DNA from: a virus
Lineage: Duplodnaviria; Caudoviricetes
Virus record (IMG/VR): IMGVR_UViG_3300018933_000007
Span: 1 to 53,452 of that record
Strand: one strand, 5' to 3'
DNA: 53,452 nt
The notes below the pieces were generated by a model. The model was not told where the DNA came from. It made no database searches and saw only the letters and a program-made list of their open reading frames with translations. Positions within the stretch are counted from its first letter, which is position 1. Each line of letters starts with the position of its first letter. Below are positions 46,450 to 53,452 of the stretch, in pieces. Made by a program: the position numbers and the translations under genes.

Positions 46450-46962
46450 TCAGGGGCGAGAGGCGATGCGCGCGATGTTGTCCAGCGCGGCCCGGATGTC
46501 GTCGAGGGTGGCCACAATGAGATCAGCGGCGGACAGCGGCTCGGGGGCGCGGGGCTTGGGCTTCGGCCCCTGGCGTCGGGTGTTGACGATGAGGCGGCGG
46601 GCCTCGGCGGCATCGACATTGCGGAGCATGTGGCCCGTCTCGCCCAGCCCGTGAGCAGAGTCGTAGCCCGGCTGAACCGTGGCGAGGAGCGTGACGCTCT
46701 CGCACTCCTCGTCGTAGGAGGCGTACACGCCGTAGAACTTCTGCTTCGGGTCGGGGTCGGTCAGCTGCGCCGGGATCAGCTTGCCCCGGCCGTCAGTGCA
46801 GGCCTTGGTGAGCGGGGTGATCCCCAGCTCCTCCAGCCGGACGTTGATGTCCTTGGCGATGCCGGAAGCCCACACGTCGTTGTCGGCCCAGCGGCGCGCC
46901 TCGGCCTCGGCGTGCTCCTGCTCGGCCAGCTCAAGCCAGCTCTGGGTGGTATTGGTGCTCAT
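46450..46962 (-). CDS. Hypothetical protein
   Basis: ATGA overlap, AAGGA RBS. Confidence 0.65.
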   Translation of the reverse strand: MSTNTTQSWLELAEQEHAEAEARRWADNDVWASGIAKDINVRLEELGITPLTKACTDGRGKLIPAQLTDPDPKQKFYGVYASYDEECESVTLLATVQPGYDSAHGLGETGHMLRNVDAAEARRLIVNTRRQGPKPKPRAPEPLSAADLIVATLDDIRAALDNIARIASRP

Positions 46963-47177
46963 GGTGTCCTTCCGGAGGCGGGGCGCTGGCGGGCGCCCTC
47001 GGCGGGGTCCGGCGGCATCGCCGAGGAGTCGCCCTCGGCGATGCGCAGAAGCCGGTCGATGGTGATGGTGCGCCAGCCGAGCCGGTCGGCGCGGTCGATG
47101 GCCTTGGTCAGGCGGGCCGCCATGTCGACGGCCTCGCGCTGAGACTCTGTCAGGTGGACAGTCGAGATCTTCTCCAC
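46959..47177 (-). CDS. Hypothetical protein
   Basis: Packing and GAGG RBS. Confidence 0.55.
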   Translation of the reverse strand: MEKISTVHLTESQREAVDMAARLTKAIDRADRLGWRTITIDRLLRIAEGDSSAMPPDPAEGARQRPASGRTP

Positions 47178-47184
47178 GAGGACC

Positions 47185-47514
47185 TCAGAACGGCGGCGGG
47201 CACTGCTCCCGGACGGGACCGTGGTCGACGCTGCACCAGGGCTCGTGGCCCTCGCGGCCGGTCGGCATGATCTTCAGCTCCTCCGGCGGCTCGCGCACCC
47301 ACTCCGGGTCCGGCTCCTCGGACCAGCCGGGCGGCTCCGTCGGCTCGTCGTAGGGGTCGTCGTCGTAGAGGTAGGCGGCGTCGCTGCCCCAGTCCGGCTC
47401 GACCGGCCCCGCGTACGGCGGCAGCGTCCCGTTGCGCTCGTGGAAGGCGTACTCGGCGGAGAAGCACTCGGGCACGCCCAGCTCGGCGGCCTCCTCCATG
47501 GTGATCGGCTGCAT
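47185..47514 (-). CDS. Acidic Pro-rich hypothetical protein
   Basis: TGATG coupling; C-terminal H..WC..DH.....C. Confidence 0.6.
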   Translation of the reverse strand: MQPITMEEAAELGVPECFSAEYAFHERNGTLPPYAGPVEPDWGSDAAYLYDDDPYDEPTEPPGWSEEPDPEWVREPPEELKIMPTGREGHEPWCSVDHGPVREQCPPPF

Positions 47515-47882
47515 CAGGACCGCTCCCTGCGGATGGTGTGACGGACGTGGGTGGCGAGCGTGCTCGCGGCGGCGATGTGCATGCCGGGCCCCCAGCCGTA
47601 GTCGGCCCGGGGCTTCCAGGAGGTCATGCAGTCCTCGGCGTACGCGGCGAGCGCGGCCAGCTGCTCGACGGGGCAGGCGATGTCGACGGCGGGCCCGCCG
47701 GGCGCGGTGCCCGCTCCCGCCCAGGCGGCCAGCAGCATCCGGTCCAGCTCGGCCGGGGCGGCCGGGCCGGTGCCGCTCATGCTGTTGCGCTCGTGGGCGT
47801 CGAGGAACGGGACGGGCACCCGCACGCGGACGAAACGGTCACGCTGCTCCCGGACCCAGGCGCGGTGCCCCAGGTCGCTCAC
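47514..47882 (-). CDS. Hypothetical protein
   Basis: GTGA overlap, GGGGAG RBS. Confidence 0.55.
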   Translation of the reverse strand: MSDLGHRAWVREQRDRFVRVRVPVPFLDAHERNSMSGTGPAAPAELDRMLLAAWAGAGTAPGGPAVDIACPVEQLAALAAYAEDCMTSWKPRADYGWGPGMHIAAASTLATHVRHTIRRERS

Positions 47883-48076
47883 CGGTCGCTCCCCGAGGCC
47901 ATCCAGGCGCGCGCGACGATGGCGAGGACGGCGGTGGCGACGGCGTACAGCACGGTCAGGTTGGAGCACAGGGCGGCGCCCTGCGGGGTGGAGCCGTAGT
48001 GGTGGTTGAGCCAGAACCAGACGGCGGGAGTGAGGGCGGACGGCACTATGGGCGCGAACGCCAGGATGCGGCGCAT
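47879..48076 (-). CDS. Small two-TM membrane protein
   Basis: GAGGAG RBS; two hydrophobic segments. Confidence 0.55.
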   Translation of the reverse strand: MRRILAFAPIVPSALTPAVWFWLNHHYGSTPQGAALCSNLTVLYAVATAVLAIVARAWMASGSDR

Positions 48077-48158
48077 GGAATTGTTCTCCTCGTGGCGGGT
48101 CGAGGTGGTGAGAGAGTTACTGCATGACGTCCGCTGGCGGGCCGAACGCCTTGCAACA

Positions 48159-48186
48159 ACCCCCACCCTAATGCATCTCGGGATGC
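48159..48186 (-). promoter_or_regulatory. Early promoter-operator element, copy 2
   Basis: ACCCCCACCCTA-AT-GCATCTCGGGATGC. Confidence 0.65.
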
Positions 48187-48190
48187 GTGT

Positions 48191-48664
48191 CTACGGCCGC
48201 TCGCTCGGCTTCACGAAGTAGTCGAAGTAGGCGTCCCCGGCCTCGCCTCGGGTAGGCAACGCCTCCGGGCTGATGTAGCCGTCCGGCGCGGCGAAGTGCC
48301 AGCGCTTCGGGCCGAGGGAGAACGTCAGCCCCGCACCCGGGCCGCCCAGCGACACGGACCTGCCGACCAGTTCGAACCGGTCGGCGCCGGGGAACTGCGC
48401 CATGACCAGCTTCTGCAGGGTGCCCGGCGGGATGGGCCCCTCGGTGTGGCCGTCGGCGTTGAGGATGACGGACGTACGCACCCGCGCCAGGGCCTTGACA
48501 TACGCGTCCGGACGGCCGGTGGCGCCGGTGACGAGCTTACCGACGAGGTGCTCGGCGAGCGGGTGCCCGCTCTTCAGGACGATCTCCATCAGGATCTCGG
48601 CCTCGTGGTGGCTGTACCGGGGCCGGGTCGACGGGATCACGTCGATGATCTTCGGCTGGGACAT
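48191..48664 (-). CDS. Hypothetical protein
   Basis: AAGGAG RBS; packing. Confidence 0.65.
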   Translation of the reverse strand: MSQPKIIDVIPSTRPRYSHHEAEILMEIVLKSGHPLAEHLVGKLVTGATGRPDAYVKALARVRTSVILNADGHTEGPIPPGTLQKLVMAQFPGADRFELVGRSVSLGGPGAGLTFSLGPKRWHFAAPDGYISPEALPTRGEAGDAYFDYFVKPSERP

Positions 48665-48666
48665 GG

Positions 48667-49317
48667 TCAGTTCTCCTTCTCGCCGAGGGCCCGGCGCAGC
48701 ACGGCCTTGAAGGCCTCGGTGTCGCGGCGCGAGACAATCATGGACGGCACAGCGGCGCCCCTGCGGCCCACGGGCAGGGCCCTGACGTCCGAGTTCGGCA
48801 GCAGCGGAGCCAGCCGGTCGAGCAGCTCGACCAGCTCCGGGTCGCGGCGCAGCGCCTCTGCGCGGTCGGCGTCCTCCTTAGCCTGCTGCTCCTGCTGCTC
48901 CTTGGCGGCGACAGCCTCGGCCTCGGCCTTGTAGATGCGGGCGATTTCAGAGAGCTGCTCCGGAGGCACGAGGAACGACAAGCTGACGGCGGGCGAGCGG
49001 CCATGCTGCTTCGCCGTGGTCAGCCAGTAGCGGCCCACGTTGCCATCGACGTACACGCTCAGGTCGAACGTGGGCCACTCCAGGTAGCCGGGGATGGCGT
49101 GCGTGATGGTCCAGTCTCGGCGCGGCTTGACCTGGTGCAGCAGTCCGCTTTCAACGGCCGCCTTCAGGTACCTACGAGCTGTGGACTCGGTGACGCCGAG
49201 GGTGTCGGCGACTTCCTTCTGCGCGCGGGCGAACGTCACGAGGACGAGGGGATTGTCGGGGACGGCGGCGACGCAGCGGGCTGCGCCAGCGGCGCGCTGA
49301 TCGGTGGCGGCGGGCAT
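48667..49317 (-). CDS. Winged-HTH domain protein
   Basis: QKEVADTLGVTESTARRYLKAAVESGLL. Confidence 0.65.
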   Translation of the reverse strand: MPAATDQRAAGAARCVAAVPDNPLVLVTFARAQKEVADTLGVTESTARRYLKAAVESGLLHQVKPRRDWTITHAIPGYLEWPTFDLSVYVDGNVGRYWLTTAKQHGRSPAVSLSFLVPPEQLSEIARIYKAEAEAVAAKEQQEQQAKEDADRAEALRRDPELVELLDRLAPLLPNSDVRALPVGRRGAAVPSMIVSRRDTEAFKAVLRRALGEKEN

Positions 49318-49320
49318 AGG

Positions 49321-49563
49321 TCAGTTCTCCTGGGTGGTGTTGTCGACGGGCGGCTCCCAGCCCGGGTGCTCGCGCCGCATGATCTCGTTGGCGCGCTCCT
49401 GGCCGAACAGCTCGACGTACTGCGGGTAGGCGGCACGGTCGAGACGGAAGCCCCTGCCCTGGCACGGGGCACCGACGGACGGGTCCTCGTGCCAGCGCAA
49501 GCGGCGGGTGGGTGTGACGGCAACACTCTCGCGGCAGCCGGGGCAGGTCCAGCGGTCGGCCAT
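49321..49563 (-). CDS. Small CCHC Zn-ribbon protein
   Basis: CPGC...H...C.G.G; GAGGAG RBS. Confidence 0.65.
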   Translation of the reverse strand: MADRWTCPGCRESVAVTPTRRLRWHEDPSVGAPCQGRGFRLDRAAYPQYVELFGQERANEIMRREHPGWEPPVDNTTQEN

Positions 49564-49632
49564 GAAATCAGCTCCTCGTGGCGGGAATGTGGGTGGCGAG
49601 TGGAGGCGGATTGGCCGCTCCCCCCCTGACAG

Positions 49633-49678
49633 CGAACCCCACCCTAGCGCATCTTGAGATGCAATGGGGCGGGGTTCG
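49633..49678 (-). promoter_or_regulatory. Early promoter-operator element, copy 3
   Basis: ACCCCACCCTA-GC-GCATCTTGAGATGC within an imperfect 12-bp inverted repeat. Confidence 0.7.
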
Positions 49679-49698
49679 GGGAAGTTACTTCCTAGTGC

Positions 49699-50229
49699 TC
49701 AGTCCTCCAGCGGCTCGGGCTCGGCCACGGTGTCGCCTGCGGCGCACGTCCCCTGCAAGGTCTCGACGTGGAACCAGAACTCCTCGCCCGGGGAGCCGCC
49801 CCGGACCCTGCCCGCCGGGACCTTGGCGATCTGGCTGCGGCAGTGCGCGCAGCGGGGGGCGTTGAGGTCCTGGACGATCTTGGTCAGGTTCACGAGCTGC
49901 AGGGCGAACTCAGCGCGCTCGTTGCGGCTCATGTCGCCGCAGATGCGCTTGGCCTCCTCGCGGTCGCCCTCCATCAGGGCGTACAGGGCGGCCGTCTCGC
50001 CGAAGGTGGTAACGGACGGAGTGGTCATGGTCCGGTTCTCCTTGGGGTTGGTGCACTGGAAGGCGGGCAGCTCGCGGGAGGCGTCCCAGGCCCGGTACAG
50101 CTCCCGGGCGCGGGCGCACTCGCCGTCCGGCGAACTGGGGCAGTCGGGGCAGTCGTCGAAGTGGGCTCGGTAGGCGTCCTCGGCGCGCTGGGCGGCGGCG
50201 CGCATGGCGGCCATGTCATCGCGGTTCAT
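49699..50229 (-). CDS. Cys/His-rich hypothetical protein
   Basis: H..DCPDC...C and CAHC...H...C; possible internal start at 50028 with AAGGAG RBS. Confidence 0.6.
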   Translation of the reverse strand: MNRDDMAAMRAAAQRAEDAYRAHFDDCPDCPSSPDGECARARELYRAWDASRELPAFQCTNPKENRTMTTPSVTTFGETAALYALMEGDREEAKRICGDMSRNERAEFALQLVNLTKIVQDLNAPRCAHCRSQIAKVPAGRVRGGSPGEEFWFHVETLQGTCAAGDTVAEPEPLED

Positions 50230-50666
50230 CAGGGCAGCTCCGGGGTGAGGTCGGTACGGATGCGCTCGATCTTGTCCATGGCCGCAAGGGCCTCGGGCCC
50301 AGGGCTGAGGATCTCCCGCATGCCGTGCACGGCGGCCTCGGCCCCCGAGGCGAACAACGGCACCGGGGAGACGTAGTCACGGATCGCCTCGGCCGTCTCC
50401 ACCGTGATCTCCCCGGTCATCGTGCCCACGCGCAGAGCCATCAGCTCGTCGCCGTCGTGGCACCCGGCCCATCCGGCGCACGTGGTGCGCTGCTCACTGT
50501 CGCGGTCGTGCACGTGACACCGGAACACCCTCGGCGGCTGCTCGGCGGTCGGCCGGTCGTACGCCGCCAGCTTGGCGTACTCCTCCGCCGACCAGACACC
50601 GGACGGGACATCGCGCCGGTACGGGCAGTAGGTGCAGGGGCGCGGCGCGGGCGGCTGGGTGGTCAC
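50229..50666 (-). CDS. DUF6283-like Cys-rich protein
   Basis: PC..CPYRRDVPSGVW...EY.KL..YD...F.CH...CAGW. Confidence 0.7.
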   Translation of the reverse strand: MTTQPPAPRPCTYCPYRRDVPSGVWSAEEYAKLAAYDRPTAEQPPRVFRCHVHDRDSEQRTTCAGWAGCHDGDELMALRVGTMTGEITVETAEAIRDYVSPVPLFASGAEAAVHGMREILSPGPEALAAMDKIERIRTDLTPELP

Positions 50667-50670
50667 GGGG

Positions 50671-51204
50671 TCAGTCCTCCTGAGGCTCGGCGTAGGCGTG
50701 GCGGGGCGTGGCGGCGAACAGGTAGCCGCACAGGAAGCACTCGCCGTCGCGGTGCTCGCTCTTGGGATGGCCGCACTCGGTGCAGTCCGGCGCGGCGGGC
50801 GACTGGAACTCAGGGCAGGGGCACGCGCCGCCGCGAGCGGTGCAGCCGTGCTCGTCGATATGCCAGCTGAGCGGGTGCCCGCACTCGTCCCGGGCGCACG
50901 ACGTGCTCAGGGGCAGGGGGCGCGCCCGGTCGGCGGGCGGCTCAGGAAAGGGCGGGAACGGAGCGGTGCGGACCGTGTCAACGGTGGCGACGGCGCCCTT
51001 GTAGACGGGCGAGGAGGCCGTCATCCCGGCGCCGGTGATCTTGCTGGCGGCGTGCGCAGCGAGGTATGCCTGGACGGCCCTGGCCAGCGAGGCGACGTCC
51101 TGCGGCGGTGCGCCGGAGGCCAGGAGGCGACCAGCGGCGCTCTGGAGCGCCTCGGTGGCAACGGCGAGGGCGGTCGGGTCGGTCAGCGGGCGGGAGGGGG
51201 TCAC
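50671..51204 (-). CDS. Protein with tandem C.CGH....H Zn-finger repeats
   Basis: ECGHPLSWH and ECGHPKSEH. Confidence 0.65.
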   Translation of the reverse strand: MTPSRPLTDPTALAVATEALQSAAGRLLASGAPPQDVASLARAVQAYLAAHAASKITGAGMTASSPVYKGAVATVDTVRTAPFPPFPEPPADRARPLPLSTSCARDECGHPLSWHIDEHGCTARGGACPCPEFQSPAAPDCTECGHPKSEHRDGECFLCGYLFAATPRHAYAEPQED

Positions 51205-51572
51205 GGCTGCTCCGGGGCGGTGAAGGGGCGCTCGACGGCGCGCATGCGCACGCCGGGGTGCTTGGCCTGGTGGTGGACGATGAACGCGGCGCGGGCGCGG
51301 GCGGCCAGGGTGGCGCGGTCGTCGCGGGTCATGCTGTGCCTGCGGCGGCCCTGCTCGCCACCCCAGCTCATGAAGTGGTCGTAGGCGACTGTGCCCAGGG
51401 CGGGCAGCAGGTCGGTGGGGACGTTGAGAGTGGCGTGGCGGCGGGTGCCCTCCCCGGTCGCCTCGGCGGCCGTCAGCAGGTCGTGCAGCGCGTCGGGGAC
51501 GTCCTCGGGCCGATCGGCGGCGCGGTAGCCGTCGAGGTACACGCCGGGGACGAGGATGCGGGCGGTGCTCAC
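51201..51572 (-). CDS. Hypothetical protein
   Basis: GTGA overlap, AGGAG RBS. Confidence 0.55.
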   Translation of the reverse strand: MSTARILVPGVYLDGYRAADRPEDVPDALHDLLTAAEATGEGTRRHATLNVPTDLLPALGTVAYDHFMSWGGEQGRRRHSMTRDDRATLAARARAAFIVHHQAKHPGVRMRAVERPFTAPEQP

Positions 51573-52009
51573 TGCTGCTCCTGGGTGTCGGCGAGGGCGG
51601 CGAACATCTGCACTTCTTCTTCGCGGGTGAGGGTCGCGCGGCTGGCCGGGTCCTCCAGCTTGGCCAGAGCGCGCTTCAGCACGGCCTCCTTGTCGAAGTC
51701 GAGAATTAAGCTGAGCGCGGCGTTGCTCATCGAGAGCTTGAGCATCCTGACGAGCAGCCGGGCCTCGATGGTGTCGAGGTCGGGGCGCACCCGGTCGAGG
51801 GTGAGGTTCATGGACCTCTCTCCACCGCCGGGACAGTCTGCGCCGGTGGAGTACCCCTGTCGGTCGGTCCACTTGTGCGGGCTCACGGTGTTGTCGGCGC
51901 GCAGCGCCAGCTCCCGGCCGCACCCCGGCTCCGCGCACCGGCCGCGCGGCTTGAGCCCACGGGCCTTCTGCTCGGCGTACGACGGGATGAGTTCCTCGTA
52001 CCGGCTCAC
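51569..52009 (-). CDS. CCHC Zn-ribbon protein
   Basis: C..PGCGR...H...CPGGG; GTGA overlap. Confidence 0.6.
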   Translation of the reverse strand: MSRYEELIPSYAEQKARGLKPRGRCAEPGCGRELALRADNTVSPHKWTDRQGYSTGADCPGGGERSMNLTLDRVRPDLDTIEARLLVRMLKLSMSNAALSLILDFDKEAVLKRALAKLEDPASRATLTREEEVQMFAALADTQEQQ

Positions 52010-52251
52010 GGCTGCTCCTTGTCTGCGGTCGGCGGCACGCGCCGCTCGTCGGTCTTGCGGTAGTCGCACAGTCCCCGGTCGCGCCAGCGGCACTCGGTGA
52101 CGGTCACGTACACGTGGGCGTCGACGTCGGGCCAGTCGTCGGAGCCGGTGCGCAGCGCGCTGCCCCGCCCGCAGGAGGGGCAGCGGCGGCGGTCGGCCCG
52201 GGTGCGCTTGGCGGCGCGCTGGGGGCCGCTGTCGCGGCGGGTCTGGCCCAT
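52006..52251 (-). CDS. Small basic Zn-ribbon protein
   Basis: CPSCG...C.W....C.Y; TGATG coupling. Confidence 0.55.
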   Translation of the reverse strand: MGQTRRDSGPQRAAKRTRADRRRCPSCGRGSALRTGSDDWPDVDAHVYVTVTECRWRDRGLCDYRKTDERRVPPTADKEQP

Positions 52252-52868
52252 CAGGGGCGCTTCAGGCTGGCGCGGGCGCCGTCGAGGCGGAGCTGGGCGG
52301 TGCGGGCGGCCTCGCGGAGCTTGTGGCCGGTGGCGGGGCGGCCGAGGTTGACGCAGTCGGCGGCGAGCGCGGCGAGCATCTCCAGGACGGGCGCGGTGGC
52401 GTCGAGGGTGAGGAAGTAGCCGCGCCATCGCTCGGTGCGCCGGGCGGCGTCGAGGGTCGCACGGACGTCGTCCAGGACGGGCGCGGGGCCGAGATCGGCG
52501 AGGGTGGCGGTGAGCCAGTCCACGAAGCTCCCGGGGAGCTTGACGGTGGCGGTGCGGGCGGCCCGGGGAAGGGTGACCCATTCGTCGTCGGCGAGGACGC
52601 GGACCCGGACGTCGTCGGGCAGGGCGGGGAAGTGCTGGCCGGGGCGGCCGGGCATGGGCCGGGGGCCGGTCGGCGCGGGGCGCTCCTGGGCGGCGGTGAG
52701 CTTGGCTACGGCGCGGTCGAGGGCGGCGCCCTGGTGGCCGGGGAGGTAGGCGGCGCGGGTGTCGCCGTCGGCGGCCACGAGCCGGGCGGCGGCGAGCAGC
52801 GCGGCGGCCTCGGCCGGGGTCAGGCCGGGGGTGACATGGTCGCGGGCGGTGGTGGTGGGCTGGGGCAT
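52251..52868 (-). CDS. Hypothetical protein
   Basis: AGGAG RBS; packing. Confidence 0.6.
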   Translation of the reverse strand: MPQPTTTARDHVTPGLTPAEAAALLAAARLVAADGDTRAAYLPGHQGAALDRAVAKLTAAQERPAPTGPRPMPGRPGQHFPALPDDVRVRVLADDEWVTLPRAARTATVKLPGSFVDWLTATLADLGPAPVLDDVRATLDAARRTERWRGYFLTLDATAPVLEMLAALAADCVNLGRPATGHKLREAARTAQLRLDGARASLKRP

Positions 52869-52952
52869 GGCGGGCTGCTCCTGGGGCGTGTGGCGGGCGT
52901 TCGGGGGGCGGCTGCGCCCCGTCCGGGCGGGGATCGGGGCGCAGCGGGGCGC

Positions 52953-53210
52953 TCAGGGGGTATGGCCGACGTCGCTGAGCATGGCCTGGGTCTCTCCTGC
53001 GGCGTCAATGATCCGTTGGGCCCAGACGATGGCTTCTTCGGGGGCCATGCGGGTGTGGATGAGGCGGCCGTGGTCGGGGCCGGGGTCGGTGATCTGGGTG
53101 GTGACGGTGGTCCACACGCGGGTGCCGGTGGTGGTGTTCCCGGTGTGGACGGGTTCGGTGGTGCGGCGGACGGCCACGATGTCGGCGCTGCGGCTCTGCT
53201 TTCCGGTCAT
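52953..53210 (-). CDS. Hypothetical protein
   Basis: AGGAG RBS. Confidence 0.55.
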   Translation of the reverse strand: MTGKQSRSADIVAVRRTTEPVHTGNTTTGTRVWTTVTTQITDPGPDHGRLIHTRMAPEEAIVWAQRIIDAAGETQAMLSDVGHTP

Positions 53211-53260
53211 GGCGGGGTGCTCCTGGGGTCTGTGGCGGGCTGTCAGGGTGTCGGGGGCGC

Positions 53261-53452
53261 TCAGCTGTGCTCGCGGCGGGCGGCTCGTACGCGGCGCTTG
53301 AGTGCGGTCAGGGCGGGCGAGCCGAGGTCGGTGCCGAGGTTGATGCCCCGGCCGTCGTCGAGGGTGCGGCGCTCCAGCCGGTCGTAGACGTCCGCCCAGT
53401 CGATTCGGCCCTCGGGGTACCAGCCGTCCACGATGTCGACGGCCTGTTGCAC
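53261..53452 (-). CDS. Hypothetical protein, 5'-truncated by window edge
   Basis: Open to window end; GW...RIDW..V.DRLE. Confidence 0.55.
   Translation of the reverse strand: MQQAVDIVDGWYPEGRIDWADVYDRLERRTLDDGRGINLGTDLGSPALTALKRRVRAARREHS

Larger units (their letters stand above)
1..53452 (-). mobile_element. Segment of a large actinobacterial myophage (Bxz1/cluster C-like head and tail genes); lifestyle undetermined
   Basis: Co-oriented sheath, capsid, protease, portal and endolysin genes plus a dense array of small early-type ORFs; no host housekeeping context or att boundary seen. Confidence 0.9.

Noticed and set aside
1-53452. CRISPR arrays, tRNA/rRNA genes, IS elements, integrase/att sites, reverse transcriptase
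   Set aside because: None recognised by eye; a tRNAscan/Infernal run would be needed to exclude atypical RNAs

Overview
The whole window is one high-GC, Streptomyces-like bacteriophage segment, almost entirely on the minus strand. The window cannot tell whether it is a free phage, a prophage or a phage-plasmid, because no integrase, terminase or replication gene is visible. Bases ~70-33600 are a myovirus morphogenesis and lysis module: tail sheath, neck/head-completion proteins, major capsid, cement, scaffold, prohead protease, portal, a double beta-helix fibre, amidase and a holin-like protein. From recalled sequence similarity (no search run) it resembles Bxz1-like cluster C actinophages. 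It is interrupted by thyX and by a plus-strand XRE / HExxH / MAB_1171c-like / membrane cassette. Bases ~33650-53452 hold a DUF2975-like/HTH pair, a large protein with a RelE-like C-terminus, dcd and about 35 small, tightly packed early-type genes. Main observations: (1) head-module proteins look like polyproteins in which His-rich enzyme cargo (Arr-like and R-x-E ADP-ribosyltransferases, ParB/Srx-like domains, two QxxLF clamp-binding-like tails) sits between repeated x-x-A|A/S motifs, suggesting a protease-released, virion-delivered effector payload; (2) a 13-copy putative late promoter, whose spacer in at least 7 cases is complementary to the downstream ribosome-binding site; (3) a candidate three-hairpin late sRNA; (4) a triplicated early promoter-operator element and a duplicated iteron-like site. 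All functional calls come from reading motifs, not from database searches.
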